From Candidatus Binatia bacterium (GTDB taxonomy: Bacteria > Desulfobacterota > Binatia > UBA9968 > JAJDTQ01), in the NCBI GenBank assembly GCA_963666515.2, contig OY762897.2:416001-480000 (forward strand): a DNA stretch of 64,000 nt. The letters run 5' to 3'. Under the pieces are notes generated by a model, which worked only from the letters and a program-made list of their open reading frames with translations, was not told the DNA's origin and did no database searches. The position numbers and the translations under genes are program-made. The stretch's first letter is position 1, and the number at the start of each line of letters is the position of its first letter. Shown piece after piece: positions 55,040-64,000 of this stretch.

Positions 55040-57428
55040 TCCGGCCCAGGAGGATCTCGGTGTCGCCCCCAGGCAGTGAGTGCCTCGTGCCCTGCACCAA
55101 TACGTCCAGGGGCGCTTTGTTTCCGTCCAGTGCAATGCGCACACGCTCGTGCGTGAGGTCCAGAGTCACCCTGCGCCCGCGATAGACGATCGCCAGGCGC
55201 AGACCGGGCAGTTCGTCGGGCAGACACGGGTCGAGTCTCAGGGTCTCGCCCAACGTGTCGATGCCGGCGTAGCAGGTCAGCAGAAGGTCGTCGATGCCCC
55301 CGATGGCGCCCAGGTGGACGCCCTCGGGGGTGGTGCCGCCCTGGATGTCGGCGACGTCGCTTTGCAGCGCCTCCGTGAAGTAGCGCCACGAAGCGGGCGG
55401 GTCGGAGCGCGCCGACACCGCGGCGTGGACCACCCGGCTCAGGGTCGAGCCGTGGGAAGTGCGGGCCCTGTAGTAGTCCATGGTCTTGCGTATGGTTTCG
55501 TCATCGAGTTCGTATCCGAGCTGCCGGAAGATGACCCGCAGGTCGTCGACCCGCAGCAGGTAGAACAGCATCAGCACGTCCGCCTGTTTCGTGACCTGGT
55601 AGCGGTTGGCGGTGTCGCCTTCCGCCTCCAGGATGCGGTCCAGCCGGTCTATGTTGTCGTATTTCGCAAGGTAGGCGGCCCAGTCGAAGGGCTCCAGCTC
55701 GTCGTATCCTTCGAACTGGCTGATAATGCCGTCGCCGTGGAACGGCACGGTCATCTTGCGGGTCATTTCGCGCCACTTGCGCTCTTCTGCCGGCTCCAGG
55801 CCGATCTGTTCGGTGAGTTCGGCCTCCCGGGCTTCGTCGAGCAGGGACAGCACCTCGAAGGCGCGTTCCAGCAGCCAAGCCACCATCACGTTGGTGTAGG
55901 CGTTGTTGCGCAGGCCGCCGGTTTGTGCGCCGGGGTACGTGTCATGGTACTCGTCCGGACCCATGACGCCGTGGATCTCGTAACGTCCGGTGCTTTCGTT
56001 CCACTCCGCCAGACTGGCCCAGAAGCGGGCGATCTCCAGGATCATCTCGGCGCCGTAGCGGGACAGGAAGTCGCGGTCTCCGGTGGTCTTGTAGTAGCGC
56101 CAGACGTTGTAGACGACGGCGATGTTCACGTGCCGCTGGAGAAGGCTGTTGTCCACCAGCCAGCGTCCGGAGTTGGGGTTCAGATGAAGTTCCTGGCTCT
56201 CCTCGGTGCCTTCGCTGCCGCTTTGCCAGGGGTACATGGCGCCGTCATAGCCCTCCTTGCGGGCGGCCTTGCGGGCGGCCTCCAGGCGGCGGTAGCGGTA
56301 CAGCAGCATCGACCGCGCGACCTCCGGAAACCGCGCGATGTAGAAGAACAGGAAGTACATCTCGTCCCAGAAGACGTGGCCGCGGTAGGCCTCGCCGTGC
56401 AGGCCCCGCGCGCCCACCGCGGCATCGAGGTCGGTGGAGTTCGGGGATGCGCTCTGCATCAGGTGGAAGGCATGCAGGCGCAGGATCTTTTCCTCCTCCG
56501 GCCGCGACGGCAGGTCCACCTTGCAGCGGCGCCACAGGGAATGCCACGTCTTCGCATGGGACTCCAGCAACTCGACGAAAGGGCCGGACTCGGACACGGC
56601 CTTGCGGGCGGCGTGGCCGCATTCGGAGATGGCCCGGTCCCGGGACGAGTACAGGGCCACCGTCTTGTCCACCGTAACCGCGCGCTTCTCCGGTATGGTG
56701 ACGGTGATCTCCTGCCCAATGGCTTCCGGTTCCTCGAAGGTGCGGCATTCGACGTCCTGCAACGCCTCCCCGCGGAAGAGCCGCGTGCGCGCCGCCAGCC
56801 CCAGGCGCGTGCGCGACTGGTTGGTCTGGACTACCAGGTACACGCCGTCCTCTCCCACCTGCCCCTTCTCCAGGGTCTCCAGGTGCTTGGAATTGAGTTC
56901 CCGATAGCGCGCAACGCCGGCGTTGACGACCGCGCCGTTCAGGGAGGACTTGAGGGTGGCCCTTCCGGACCAGTTCTCCGCCAGCAGAGTCCACCGCATG
57001 ACCGCCAGGTGCGGTTGCTTCATGTGCACGAATCGCCGGCTCCGGATGTAGCTGATTCGTCCTTCGGGGTCACGAAAGCGCACGCGCCGCGACAGCAGGC
57101 CGTTCCTGAGGTCGAGACCCTGGTAGTACCGCAGGATTTCGACCGCCGAGAGGTCGAACCACGGACCGTCCTCCACGCGAAACTGGAGGCAGAGCCAGTT
57201 GGGCAGGTTGACGAGGTCCTCGTTGCCCACCACGCGTCCGCTGATCTCCGTCTCGAGGCGGTTGTAGCATCCCACCAGGTAGGTGCCGGGGTAGTGCACG
57301 TCGTCGGCGTCGGCCTCCTCGGCGGTGCCGCGGGTGGCGAAGTAGCCGTTGCCGAGGGTGCACAGGGTCTCTCGCAGGCCCTGTTTGGCCGGGTCGAAGC
57401 CGTTGTATGCGAAGATCCACTCACTCAT
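55023..57428 (-). CDS. Glycoside hydrolase family 65 phosphorylase (trehalose/trehalose-6-phosphate/kojibiose type)
   Basis: LGNGY, GLHGEAYRGHVFWD, GPDEYH (catalytic Glu), KQAD and HGSTLS. Confidence 0.92.
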   Translation of the reverse strand: MSEWIFAYNGFDPAKQGLRETLCTLGNGYFATRGTAEEADADDVHYPGTYLVGCYNRLETEISGRVVGNEDLVNLPNWLCLQFRVEDGPWFDLSAVEILRYYQGLDLRNGLLSRRVRFRDPEGRISYIRSRRFVHMKQPHLAVMRWTLLAENWSGRATLKSSLNGAVVNAGVARYRELNSKHLETLEKGQVGEDGVYLVVQTNQSRTRLGLAARTRLFRGEALQDVECRTFEEPEAIGQEITVTIPEKRAVTVDKTVALYSSRDRAISECGHAARKAVSESGPFVELLESHAKTWHSLWRRCKVDLPSRPEEEKILRLHAFHLMQSASPNSTDLDAAVGARGLHGEAYRGHVFWDEMYFLFFYIARFPEVARSMLLYRYRRLEAARKAARKEGYDGAMYPWQSGSEGTEESQELHLNPNSGRWLVDNSLLQRHVNIAVVYNVWRYYKTTGDRDFLSRYGAEMILEIARFWASLAEWNESTGRYEIHGVMGPDEYHDTYPGAQTGGLRNNAYTNVMVAWLLERAFEVLSLLDEAREAELTEQIGLEPAEERKWREMTRKMTVPFHGDGIISQFEGYDELEPFDWAAYLAKYDNIDRLDRILEAEGDTANRYQVTKQADVLMLFYLLRVDDLRVIFRQLGYELDDETIRKTMDYYRARTSHGSTLSRVVHAAVSARSDPPASWRYFTEALQSDVADIQGGTTPEGVHLGAIGGIDDLLLTCYAGIDTLGETLRLDPCLPDELPGLRLAIVYRGRRVTLDLTHERVRIALDGNKAPLDVLVQGTRHSLPGGDTEILLGRIRPGT

Positions 57429-57523
57429 GGTTCACGTTTCGGGTCTTTTCCAACCAACCCTGAAACTCTAACAGTCCTGAAACCGCGCGCCAATACCCCA
57501 GGGGACGGGAGGCGCAACAGGCG

Positions 57524-58645
57524 TTACCGGGCGCCGGCCCGAATGGTGTGGCGGGCGGCGATGCGTCGTCCGGTGGTGCGGCGGTTGCCGACGCTGTCCT
57601 CAAGGGCGGTCTCCTCGTCCACCACCTCCAGCACGGCCACGTCGGCCTCACGGCCCACCTCGAGGACGCCGAGCCGATCTTCCCAGCCGATGGCGCGGGC
57701 GGCGTTGATGGTGCAGTCGGCGACGATCTCGTCCAGGTCCAGTCCCAGCATCAGGAACTTGGTCAGCGTGGTGGGCAGGTCCACCACGGGACCGGCGCCG
57801 CTCATTCGGTGGAGATCGGTGCTGATGATGTCGGGGCGAAGCCCCTGGTCCATGGCCCGGGCCACCAGGTCGAAGTCGAAGTGCCCGTTGGCGTGGGCGA
57901 CGTCGAAGATGACCCCGCGCCGCTGCGCCTCCAGGACCGCCGGGCGCAGGCGGCCATCGGGGTCCACGATGGCCGGCTGTTTCGGCGTGTAGCAGTGGGT
58001 GACGATGTCCCCCGGGCGCAGCGTCTCGACGATCTCCTCCATGGGGATGCCGGTGTCGCCCACGTGCACCATCACCGGCGAGTCGCTGGCCTCTCCGGCC
58101 TGCACCGCCATGCCAAGGGCCTGGCGGCCGTGTTCTCCCACGGACTTCACGTGCAACCGGATCTTGATGCCTACCGCGACGTCCGGATTTTCCCGCACCG
58201 TGCGCGCGGCGCCATCGGGGTCGGCGAAGCCGATGTTCTCCAGCTCTCCCGGGACGTTCAGCACGCCGTGCTGCGCCACCGCCACGAACGCCAGCATGCG
58301 GGTGCGCGCCCGCTCGTACACCAAGTGCCGGAACCCCGTGAAGTTCACCGGGCCGGCCGAGCCCGCGTCCGCGGTGGTGGTGACGCCGCTGGCGCCGCAC
58401 GCGGCGTCGAGATCGGTGCCGTAAGGGTTGACGCCCCAGTAGCTGTGCACGTGGAAGTCGATGAGCCCCGGGGTCACGAAGCAGCCGCTCACGTCGAGGA
58501 CCTCTCTGGCGCCGTCCCGCGGGAGGTCCTTCCCCATGGCGGCGACGCGGCCGCCCGCGATGCCCACTTCGAGTTCCTGCCGCGGCCCGACGGCCGGGTT
58601 GATCACGGTCCCGTTGACGAGAAGCAGGTCGAACGCATCGCTCAC
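57524..58645 (-). CDS. Amidohydrolase/deacetylase family metallohydrolase (dihydroorotase-like)
   Basis: DFHVH, DAGSAG, GIKIR, MVH, THC and ISTDLH. SD AAGGAG before GTG 58645. Confidence 0.85.
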   Translation of the reverse strand: MSDAFDLLLVNGTVINPAVGPRQELEVGIAGGRVAAMGKDLPRDGAREVLDVSGCFVTPGLIDFHVHSYWGVNPYGTDLDAACGASGVTTTADAGSAGPVNFTGFRHLVYERARTRMLAFVAVAQHGVLNVPGELENIGFADPDGAARTVRENPDVAVGIKIRLHVKSVGEHGRQALGMAVQAGEASDSPVMVHVGDTGIPMEEIVETLRPGDIVTHCYTPKQPAIVDPDGRLRPAVLEAQRRGVIFDVAHANGHFDFDLVARAMDQGLRPDIISTDLHRMSGAGPVVDLPTTLTKFLMLGLDLDEIVADCTINAARAIGWEDRLGVLEVGREADVAVLEVVDEETALEDSVGNRRTTGRRIAARHTIRAGAR

Positions 58646-58718
58646 GGAGGATCTCCTTTCAAGCCGGTTCACGTCCCGCGCCGGTCGATCGGAACGGCGT
58701 CCTTCGGCTTCGCCATGT

Positions 58719-59744
58719 TCAGGACAGTCCGTAGAACCGCGTGGGGTTCTCGTGCAGGATCTTGTCGATGACCCCCGGCGGCACCTCGCCCTTCTCGCGC
58801 AGGCCCCTGAGCGCCAGCAGTTCGCTGGCGTTGTCGGCGTGGCCGTAGTCTGAGCCGATCATGATCATGTCCTCGCCCGCGTGCTGGAGCACGTAGGGCA
58901 GGTCGTCGTCCGTCTGGCAGGCGACGTAGAGGCGGTTGGCCGCGAGCAGGTCCTCGTCGGGTTCCACGCCGGCCTTGCGTTGCCGTAGCGTGATGTCCCG
59001 CACGACGTGCGGGACCCACTGGGCCGCCACCTCGATGGCGCCGATGCGCAGGCCGGGGAACCGCTCCGGAATGCCGCGCATGACCATGGCGTGGACCGCG
59101 CCGATGACCGTGAGCTTGGCGGTGCGGAACGGGTCGTTGCCGAAGGCTTCGGAGACCGCGGCGTTGCCGATGCCCGAGTGGATGCCGATGGGCACGTCGA
59201 GACGGGCGGCTTCCTCGTAGAGCGGGAAGAAATAGGGGTGGTGGAGCGGATGATGCGTCTCCAGGCCCCGCATGAACACGGCGCAGGCGCCGTGCTCCGT
59301 GGCCCAGCGCAGCTCCTCCAGCGACTCGTCCATGCTCAGCAGCGGCAACTGCGCCGCCCAGCGCAGCCGCCCCTTGCCCGCGGCCCAGATGTCCGCAAGC
59401 CAGCGGTTGTAGGAACGGCACAGCGCGAGTTCCACGTCCGAGCGGTCCGTGACCGGCCGCAGGAACAGGGTGGGGTAGAGCACCTGGACATCCGTGCCGA
59501 TCGCGTCCATGTGCTTCAGGCGCGCATCGATGTCGGCCATGTCGCGGGACTCTTTGGGGGTGTCCAGGCCGATGTTGTCGCGCCCGCCGATGAGCTTGCC
59601 GTTGATGACCCAGAAGTTGCGCGTGCCGCCCTCGGGCACGTCCACGGTCACGGGCACCGGGCGGAAGCGCTTGTCCCGTCCCTCCAGGTAGTCCCAGGTA
59701 TGCTCCGTCTCGATGACGTGGGCGTCGGCGTCGATGGCCAGCAT
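58719..59744 (-). CDS. Amidohydrolase_2 family protein
   Basis: DADAHVIE, QVLYPT, YNRWLA and GSDYGH. Confidence 0.87.
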   Translation of the reverse strand: MLAIDADAHVIETEHTWDYLEGRDKRFRPVPVTVDVPEGGTRNFWVINGKLIGGRDNIGLDTPKESRDMADIDARLKHMDAIGTDVQVLYPTLFLRPVTDRSDVELALCRSYNRWLADIWAAGKGRLRWAAQLPLLSMDESLEELRWATEHGACAVFMRGLETHHPLHHPYFFPLYEEAARLDVPIGIHSGIGNAAVSEAFGNDPFRTAKLTVIGAVHAMVMRGIPERFPGLRIGAIEVAAQWVPHVVRDITLRQRKAGVEPDEDLLAANRLYVACQTDDDLPYVLQHAGEDMIMIGSDYGHADNASELLALRGLREKGEVPPGVIDKILHENPTRFYGLS

Positions 59745-59786
59745 GTTCTCACCTCCAGTCGGATTCGGGGAAGGACGCAAGGGAAC

Positions 59787-60914
59787 CTATGCTCGCAACT
59801 GCTTGGCGAACCAGTCCACGATGAAGCTGCGCCGGTCGAAGCGCTTCTCGTGGTGCCCCACGCCGTCCAGCAACTCCCGCGGGGCGTTGACGGCGTTCTC
59901 GTACAGCCGGACGGCGCCGCGCGGGTCCATGACCCGGTCGTCGTGGTTGTAGCCCACCAGCAGCGGGCACTCGATCTTCTGCGCCCGGCCCACCAGCGTG
60001 AACTCCTTGATGCGTTCCCGGGCTTCCTTGAGGTCTGCCGCGCCCATGAGCCAGCGCAGCCGGTCCTGGATGGGAGGGTAGTAGTCGAAGATGTCGTCCA
60101 CCAGGTGGTAGGCGCCGCTCCACACGGCCACCGCCTTGATGCGCTTCTCCTCGGTGGCGCAACGGGGTCCGGAGTAGCCGCCCATGCTGGAGCCGTGCAG
60201 GCCGATGCGGTCGGGGTCCACGTCCGGGCGCGTCACCAGGTAGTCGATGACGGCCTTGGCCACCCGTTCCGAGTCCGGCGGCGCGTAGAGTTTCTTCTCC
60301 CGGAGCGTGGCGCCGTGTCCCGGCCCGTCCACGTCGATGAAGGACATGCCCCGCCGCACGTACTGGCCGGCGTCGCCGTCCAGCCCCCGCAGCAGGATGC
60401 CGTCGGCGCCGCCGTAGTTGTAGACGGTGGGCCGGCGGGTCCCGGCCTTGCCCCGGGCGGGATAGAACAGCGCGTCCAGCACGTGTCCCTCGTAGGGGAT
60501 CTCCACCCGCTCGAAAGGCGGCCTCACCAGGCCCCAGGCCTTGTCGAAGGTCTCCTTGAGCTTGTGGTGGCTCTGCATCATGCGCGGGTCGCTGTCCGGC
60601 ATGTACACCAGCGCCCGCCGGTAGAACTCGGCCGCCCGCCGGTAGAAGTCGTGGGCGGTGACGTTGCGGCCCTCGTCCTCGAATCCCGCGGCCAGGGCCT
60701 CGTTCTTCTCCGCCATGCGGGTCCATTCGGCGTGCCAGCTATCCAGGTTGTACGGCTTGTAGCGGCCGGCCACCTCGCGTACGTCGGGATCCGGATGCAG
60801 GAGCGGCGCCTCCATGCGCACCTCGAGCTGACCCCCGCCCGGCAGGCCCGGTCCCGGAAAAAGGCGCTTCTCCACGTCTTCGCCGGCCAGGGGTCTGTCA
60901 GGAGATTCCTTCAT
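59787..60914 (-). CDS. Alpha/beta hydrolase, 2,6-dihydroxypseudooxynicotine hydrolase/FrsA-like
   Basis: YGGAD, DGPGHG, GSSMGG and C-terminal GHH. Confidence 0.8.
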   Translation of the reverse strand: MKESPDRPLAGEDVEKRLFPGPGLPGGGQLEVRMEAPLLHPDPDVREVAGRYKPYNLDSWHAEWTRMAEKNEALAAGFEDEGRNVTAHDFYRRAAEFYRRALVYMPDSDPRMMQSHHKLKETFDKAWGLVRPPFERVEIPYEGHVLDALFYPARGKAGTRRPTVYNYGGADGILLRGLDGDAGQYVRRGMSFIDVDGPGHGATLREKKLYAPPDSERVAKAVIDYLVTRPDVDPDRIGLHGSSMGGYSGPRCATEEKRIKAVAVWSGAYHLVDDIFDYYPPIQDRLRWLMGAADLKEARERIKEFTLVGRAQKIECPLLVGYNHDDRVMDPRGAVRLYENAVNAPRELLDGVGHHEKRFDRRSFIVDWFAKQLRA

Positions 60915-60958
60915 TCGATCTCTCCGTGAATGGCGGAACAGTCTCCCGGGAGCGTCCC

Positions 60959-62050
60959 TTAGATGCCGTAGAACGCCCTGGGGTTGTCCTGGGTGATCTT
61001 CTTCACCGCTTCGTGGGAGATGTCGCCCTTGTCGGCGCGCTGCTTGAGGAGGCCCAGGAAGTCCATCTCCTGGGCGGAGTCGTTGTGCGTGTAGTCCGAG
61101 CCGACCAGGAGGTTTTCGTCTCCGGTGTGCTGCATTACGTAGTCCAGGTCCTCGTCCACCTGGAACGACACGTACATGCGGTTCCGTTGCAGGATGTCCT
61201 CCGGCATCTCCTCGATCTCCATGGTGGAGCGCAGCACGCTGGTGGGCCTTTCCAGGTTCTTCTCCAGCCGGCGGCGGATCTCGTAGAGCACGAAGGGCAC
61301 CCAGGAGGCGGTGGCCTCGATGAAGCCGAAGCGCAGTTCCGGGAAGCGGTCCGGCACGCCGTGCACGATCAGGGACTGGAACGCGTGCACCACCGGCAGC
61401 AGGATGCGGTAGAAGCGGCTGAAGGTGAACTCGCGCGCGGGGGTGAAATCGGGCACGCCCGATCCCGTGTGGAAGCAGATGGGCATGTCGAGCTTCTGCG
61501 CTTCCTCGTACAGCGGGAAGAAGTAGGGGTCGTTGGCCCACACGCCGGCTTCCCGGTCGCCCTTCTTGAGCACGCCGCAGGCGCCGTGCTCCTTGGCGAA
61601 GCGCAACTCATCCAGGGCCGCGTCCATGTTCAGGGTGGGCGGCAGCATGACGTAGCGCAGCCGTCCCCCGGACTCCGCCCAGCGCTCGGCCATCCAGCGG
61701 TTGTAGCTGCGCCGGAGCGCCAGCTCCACCTCCGGCTTGTCGGTGAACTCCACCAGGAACAGGGTGGGGTACATGACCTGGAAGTCCACGCCCATGCGGT
61801 CCATGTCCTCCAGCCGCTGCTTCACGTCCTTCAGTTCGCGCGCGCCCTCTGTGGTGTGGGTCTCCTCGTCCGTGCGCACGAAGCGGATCTGCCGCCTGCC
61901 GTCGATCATCCAGTAGCGCATGGTGGCGTTGCTGGCGTCCTGGCCCTTTGGAAAAGCGGTGGCGGGCCTGAGGGCCTCGTCGCCGTCGCGCATGAAGGCC
62001 CAGGTATCCTCGGTCTCGTCCACGTGGGTGTCGGCATCGATGACTGCCAT
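60959..62050 (-). CDS. Amidohydrolase_2 family protein (paralog)
   Basis: DADTHVDE, QVMYPT and GSDYTH. Confidence 0.87.
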   Translation of the reverse strand: MAVIDADTHVDETEDTWAFMRDGDEALRPATAFPKGQDASNATMRYWMIDGRRQIRFVRTDEETHTTEGARELKDVKQRLEDMDRMGVDFQVMYPTLFLVEFTDKPEVELALRRSYNRWMAERWAESGGRLRYVMLPPTLNMDAALDELRFAKEHGACGVLKKGDREAGVWANDPYFFPLYEEAQKLDMPICFHTGSGVPDFTPAREFTFSRFYRILLPVVHAFQSLIVHGVPDRFPELRFGFIEATASWVPFVLYEIRRRLEKNLERPTSVLRSTMEIEEMPEDILQRNRMYVSFQVDEDLDYVMQHTGDENLLVGSDYTHNDSAQEMDFLGLLKQRADKGDISHEAVKKITQDNPRAFYGI

Positions 62051-62135
62051 GGCGTCCTCCGGATTGGGGGATAATAGCTGTGGATTAGCAAAACCCGGCT
62101 GGCTTGCCTAGCAGACGGGCAGGGCGAAAGGCGGT

Positions 62136-62564
62136 TCAGCAGGGCCTAAACTTGGGCAGGCTGATGTCGTCGCTGACCGGGTCGAACACCACCTCCACCG
62201 CCATCCCGATCTCCACTTCCTCCACCGGGCAACCGACGATGTTCGTGTAGTAGCGCGGGCCTTCTTCCAGATCCACCCAGGCGATGACGTAGGGGATGTC
62301 CTTCTCGAAGGCGCGGGCGCCGCGGCCCGCCAACTGGCGGATGACGGTAAAGGTGTAGACGGTGCCGCGTCCGCTCAACTCCTCCCACTCAAGGTCTTCG
62401 CCGCCGCACTCCACGCACGACGGGCGCGGGCACCACGTCAGCTCTCCGCAGGCGCGGCAGCGCTGCATTACCAGCCGGCCCTCTTTGGCGGCCTGCCAGA
62501 AAGGCGCGGTCAGCTCGGTGATCTCGGGGAGGGGGCGTCGGGGTTCGGTTCCTGCTTCAGCCAT
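62136..62564 (-). CDS. DUF35 Zn-ribbon/OB-fold protein
   Basis: PFW...QRCRAC...CVEC, GRGTVYTFT and VDLEEGPR. Confidence 0.9.
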   Translation of the reverse strand: MAEAGTEPRRPLPEITELTAPFWQAAKEGRLVMQRCRACGELTWCPRPSCVECGGEDLEWEELSGRGTVYTFTVIRQLAGRGARAFEKDIPYVIAWVDLEEGPRYYTNIVGCPVEEVEIGMAVEVVFDPVSDDISLPKFRPC

Positions 62565-62568
62565 GGGG

Positions 62569-63762
62569 TCACCCGTTGTCGTTGCTGAGAATCGCCACGG
62601 CGGTGGAGCCGAGGTTCTTGCCGTAAGGGAGGCCGCCGAGGCCGGTGCAGAGCCCGGTGCGCGCGCCCGCCACCTGCCGCTCGCCGCCGTCGCCGCGCAG
62701 TTGCGTGACCGACTCCAGGATGTGGATCATGCCGCCGCAGGTGGACGGCTGCCCGCAGTTGATCATGCCGCCGCCGGTCTGGATGGGGAGCGTCCCCTTG
62801 AACGAGAAGTCGGTGGACTCGAAGTACTTCGTGTCGCCCTTGTCGCAGAAGCCCAGGTCCTCGATCTGCATCAGCTCGATGACCACGTAGTCGTCGTAGA
62901 CCTGGGCGAAGTCCATGTCGTTGGCGGTGACGCCGGCCATGTCGAAGGCCCGGGCGCCGGCGTCCCTGATCCCCATGATCGTCGCGTCGGAGTGGGTGCG
63001 GGGGCCGTAGCTGGGGTTGTCCTGCTCGCCGAAGCCCATGAGGTAGACCGGCTTCCGCGGCATGTCCGCGGCCCTTTCCGCGGAGGTGAGGACGAACGCC
63101 TTGCCGCCGTTGGCCGGCATGACGCAGTCCAGCAGTCGAACGGGGTCGGCCACCAGCCGCGAGGTCTTGTAGTCCTCCAGCGTCATGGGCTTCTTGAGGT
63201 AGGCGTTGGGGTTGAGCGACGCGTGGTAGCGGGCGGTGACCGCGATATTGCCCAGTGCGTCCAGGGTGGTGCCGTACTCGTGCATGTGCCGCCGCATCAC
63301 CAGGGCGATGCCGCTGTTGGCGCCCATGAGGCCGTAGGGCACCTCGAAATCCCGCACGTCGCGCGGCTCCACCCCGTTGTGGTTCTCCACGAACGTGCAC
63401 GAAGCGGCCACGCACAGGACCCGGTCCACCAGCCCGGCCTGGATGGCCGCGGCCGCCTGTCCCAGCGACGACACCGTGGCCGCGCCGCCGTTGGCGTTGG
63501 CCAGGGACAGCGCCGGCGTGATGCCGAGGATGGACGCGGTCTCCTCCGGCCAGAAGGGCTGCAGGTAGTTGGTGGTGTAGATGGCCGCGAGCCCCTGACC
63601 GTCGAAGTCCTTGCGCGTGAGGCCGGCGTCCTCCATGGCCAGGCGCGCCGCCCAGGTCAGGTACTCCGGGATGGTCCGGCGTCGCTCGCCCGGGCGCCGG
63701 CCCAGACGGTCCACCGGGGTCTCGCCGATGCCGACGATCGCTGTCGTGCCGCGTATGCTCAT
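62569..63762 (-). CDS. Thiolase-superfamily (SCP-x/Ltp2-like) protein
   Basis: AIVGIGET, LLDC, QVYDDY and TGGG. No nucleophilic Cys (ANGGA). Adjacent to DUF35. Confidence 0.85.
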   Translation of the reverse strand: MSIRGTTAIVGIGETPVDRLGRRPGERRRTIPEYLTWAARLAMEDAGLTRKDFDGQGLAAIYTTNYLQPFWPEETASILGITPALSLANANGGAATVSSLGQAAAAIQAGLVDRVLCVAASCTFVENHNGVEPRDVRDFEVPYGLMGANSGIALVMRRHMHEYGTTLDALGNIAVTARYHASLNPNAYLKKPMTLEDYKTSRLVADPVRLLDCVMPANGGKAFVLTSAERAADMPRKPVYLMGFGEQDNPSYGPRTHSDATIMGIRDAGARAFDMAGVTANDMDFAQVYDDYVVIELMQIEDLGFCDKGDTKYFESTDFSFKGTLPIQTGGGMINCGQPSTCGGMIHILESVTQLRGDGGERQVAGARTGLCTGLGGLPYGKNLGSTAVAILSNDNG

Positions 63763-63826
63763 GAGGTACGGGACTCCTTGAAACGCTTCGTGATCACGCA
63801 GACGGGATATCCGCTCGTACGTGTTC

Positions 63827-63872
63827 TTGCGTTAGCGTGACTTTGCGTTAGCGTCAAGGCTCCGGGTATAAT
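63827..63872. promoter_or_regulatory. Direct-repeat operator overlapping divergent promoters
   Basis: TTGCGTTAGCGT at 63827 and 63843. TTGCGT-N18-TATAAT on the plus strand and TTGACG on the minus strand. Confidence 0.55.
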
Positions 63873-63905
63873 TCGGTCCGGGAACAGCCGGCGATGCCGC
63901 GAACC

Positions 63906-63932
63906 GTCATTCCGGCGAAAGCCGGAATCCAG
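63906..63932. repeat. REP-like palindrome (single copy)
   Basis: Perfect GTCATTCCGGCGAAAGCCGGAATCCAG. Confidence 0.85.
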
Positions 63933-64000
63933 GGGTCGGGAAAATCACGTCCGTCGTCTGTTCGAGTTCCCAATAGATCACCAAGGAGAGACCGTTTCAT

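Noticed and set aside
55080-57992. 970-aa plus-strand ORF
   Set aside because: Antisense shadow of GH65 and the amidohydrolase.
59787-61541. 584-aa ORF
   Set aside because: The first 208 aa overlap the amidohydrolase in another frame. The plausible start is 60914.

Overview
High-GC bacterial chromosome segment. Its gene content (E. coli-type complex I, many amidohydrolases, orphan solute-binding proteins, glycine-methylation betaine synthesis) suggests an uncultured marine or host-associated deltaproteobacteria-like lineage; this is inference. Layout: (1) 1-7300, a lower-GC, partly decayed defence-type island with a DUF3775-tailed protein, an ABC/OLD-type ATPase plus DUF4276 TOPRIM-like pair, a frameshifted ImmA/IrrE peptidase-chagasin fusion, a DUF2513 fusion, an internally deleted ParD, an IS3 right-end relic and an SDH/ClpP-fold protease with a small partner. 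(2) 7374-12700, a DISARM drmA-drmB pair with no drmC, drmD or methyltransferase in the window. (3) 12818-27400, a complete nuoA-N operon with fused nuoCD. (4) 27432-33858, phzF and a ThDP enzyme-frc-ADP-forming acyl-CoA ligase cluster (formyl-CoA/oxalate metabolism). (5) 34-64 kb, catabolic and osmolyte genes: signal-less TAXI-fold protein plus amidase, arylsulfotransferase, GSMT-SDMT plus a duplicated SDMT, amidohydrolases, three family-5 binding proteins, GH65 and an Ltp2/DUF35 aldolase-like pair. Two REP-like repeat families occur. No CRISPR array, rRNA or tRNA was recognised. All family calls come from motif recognition by eye, not database searches.
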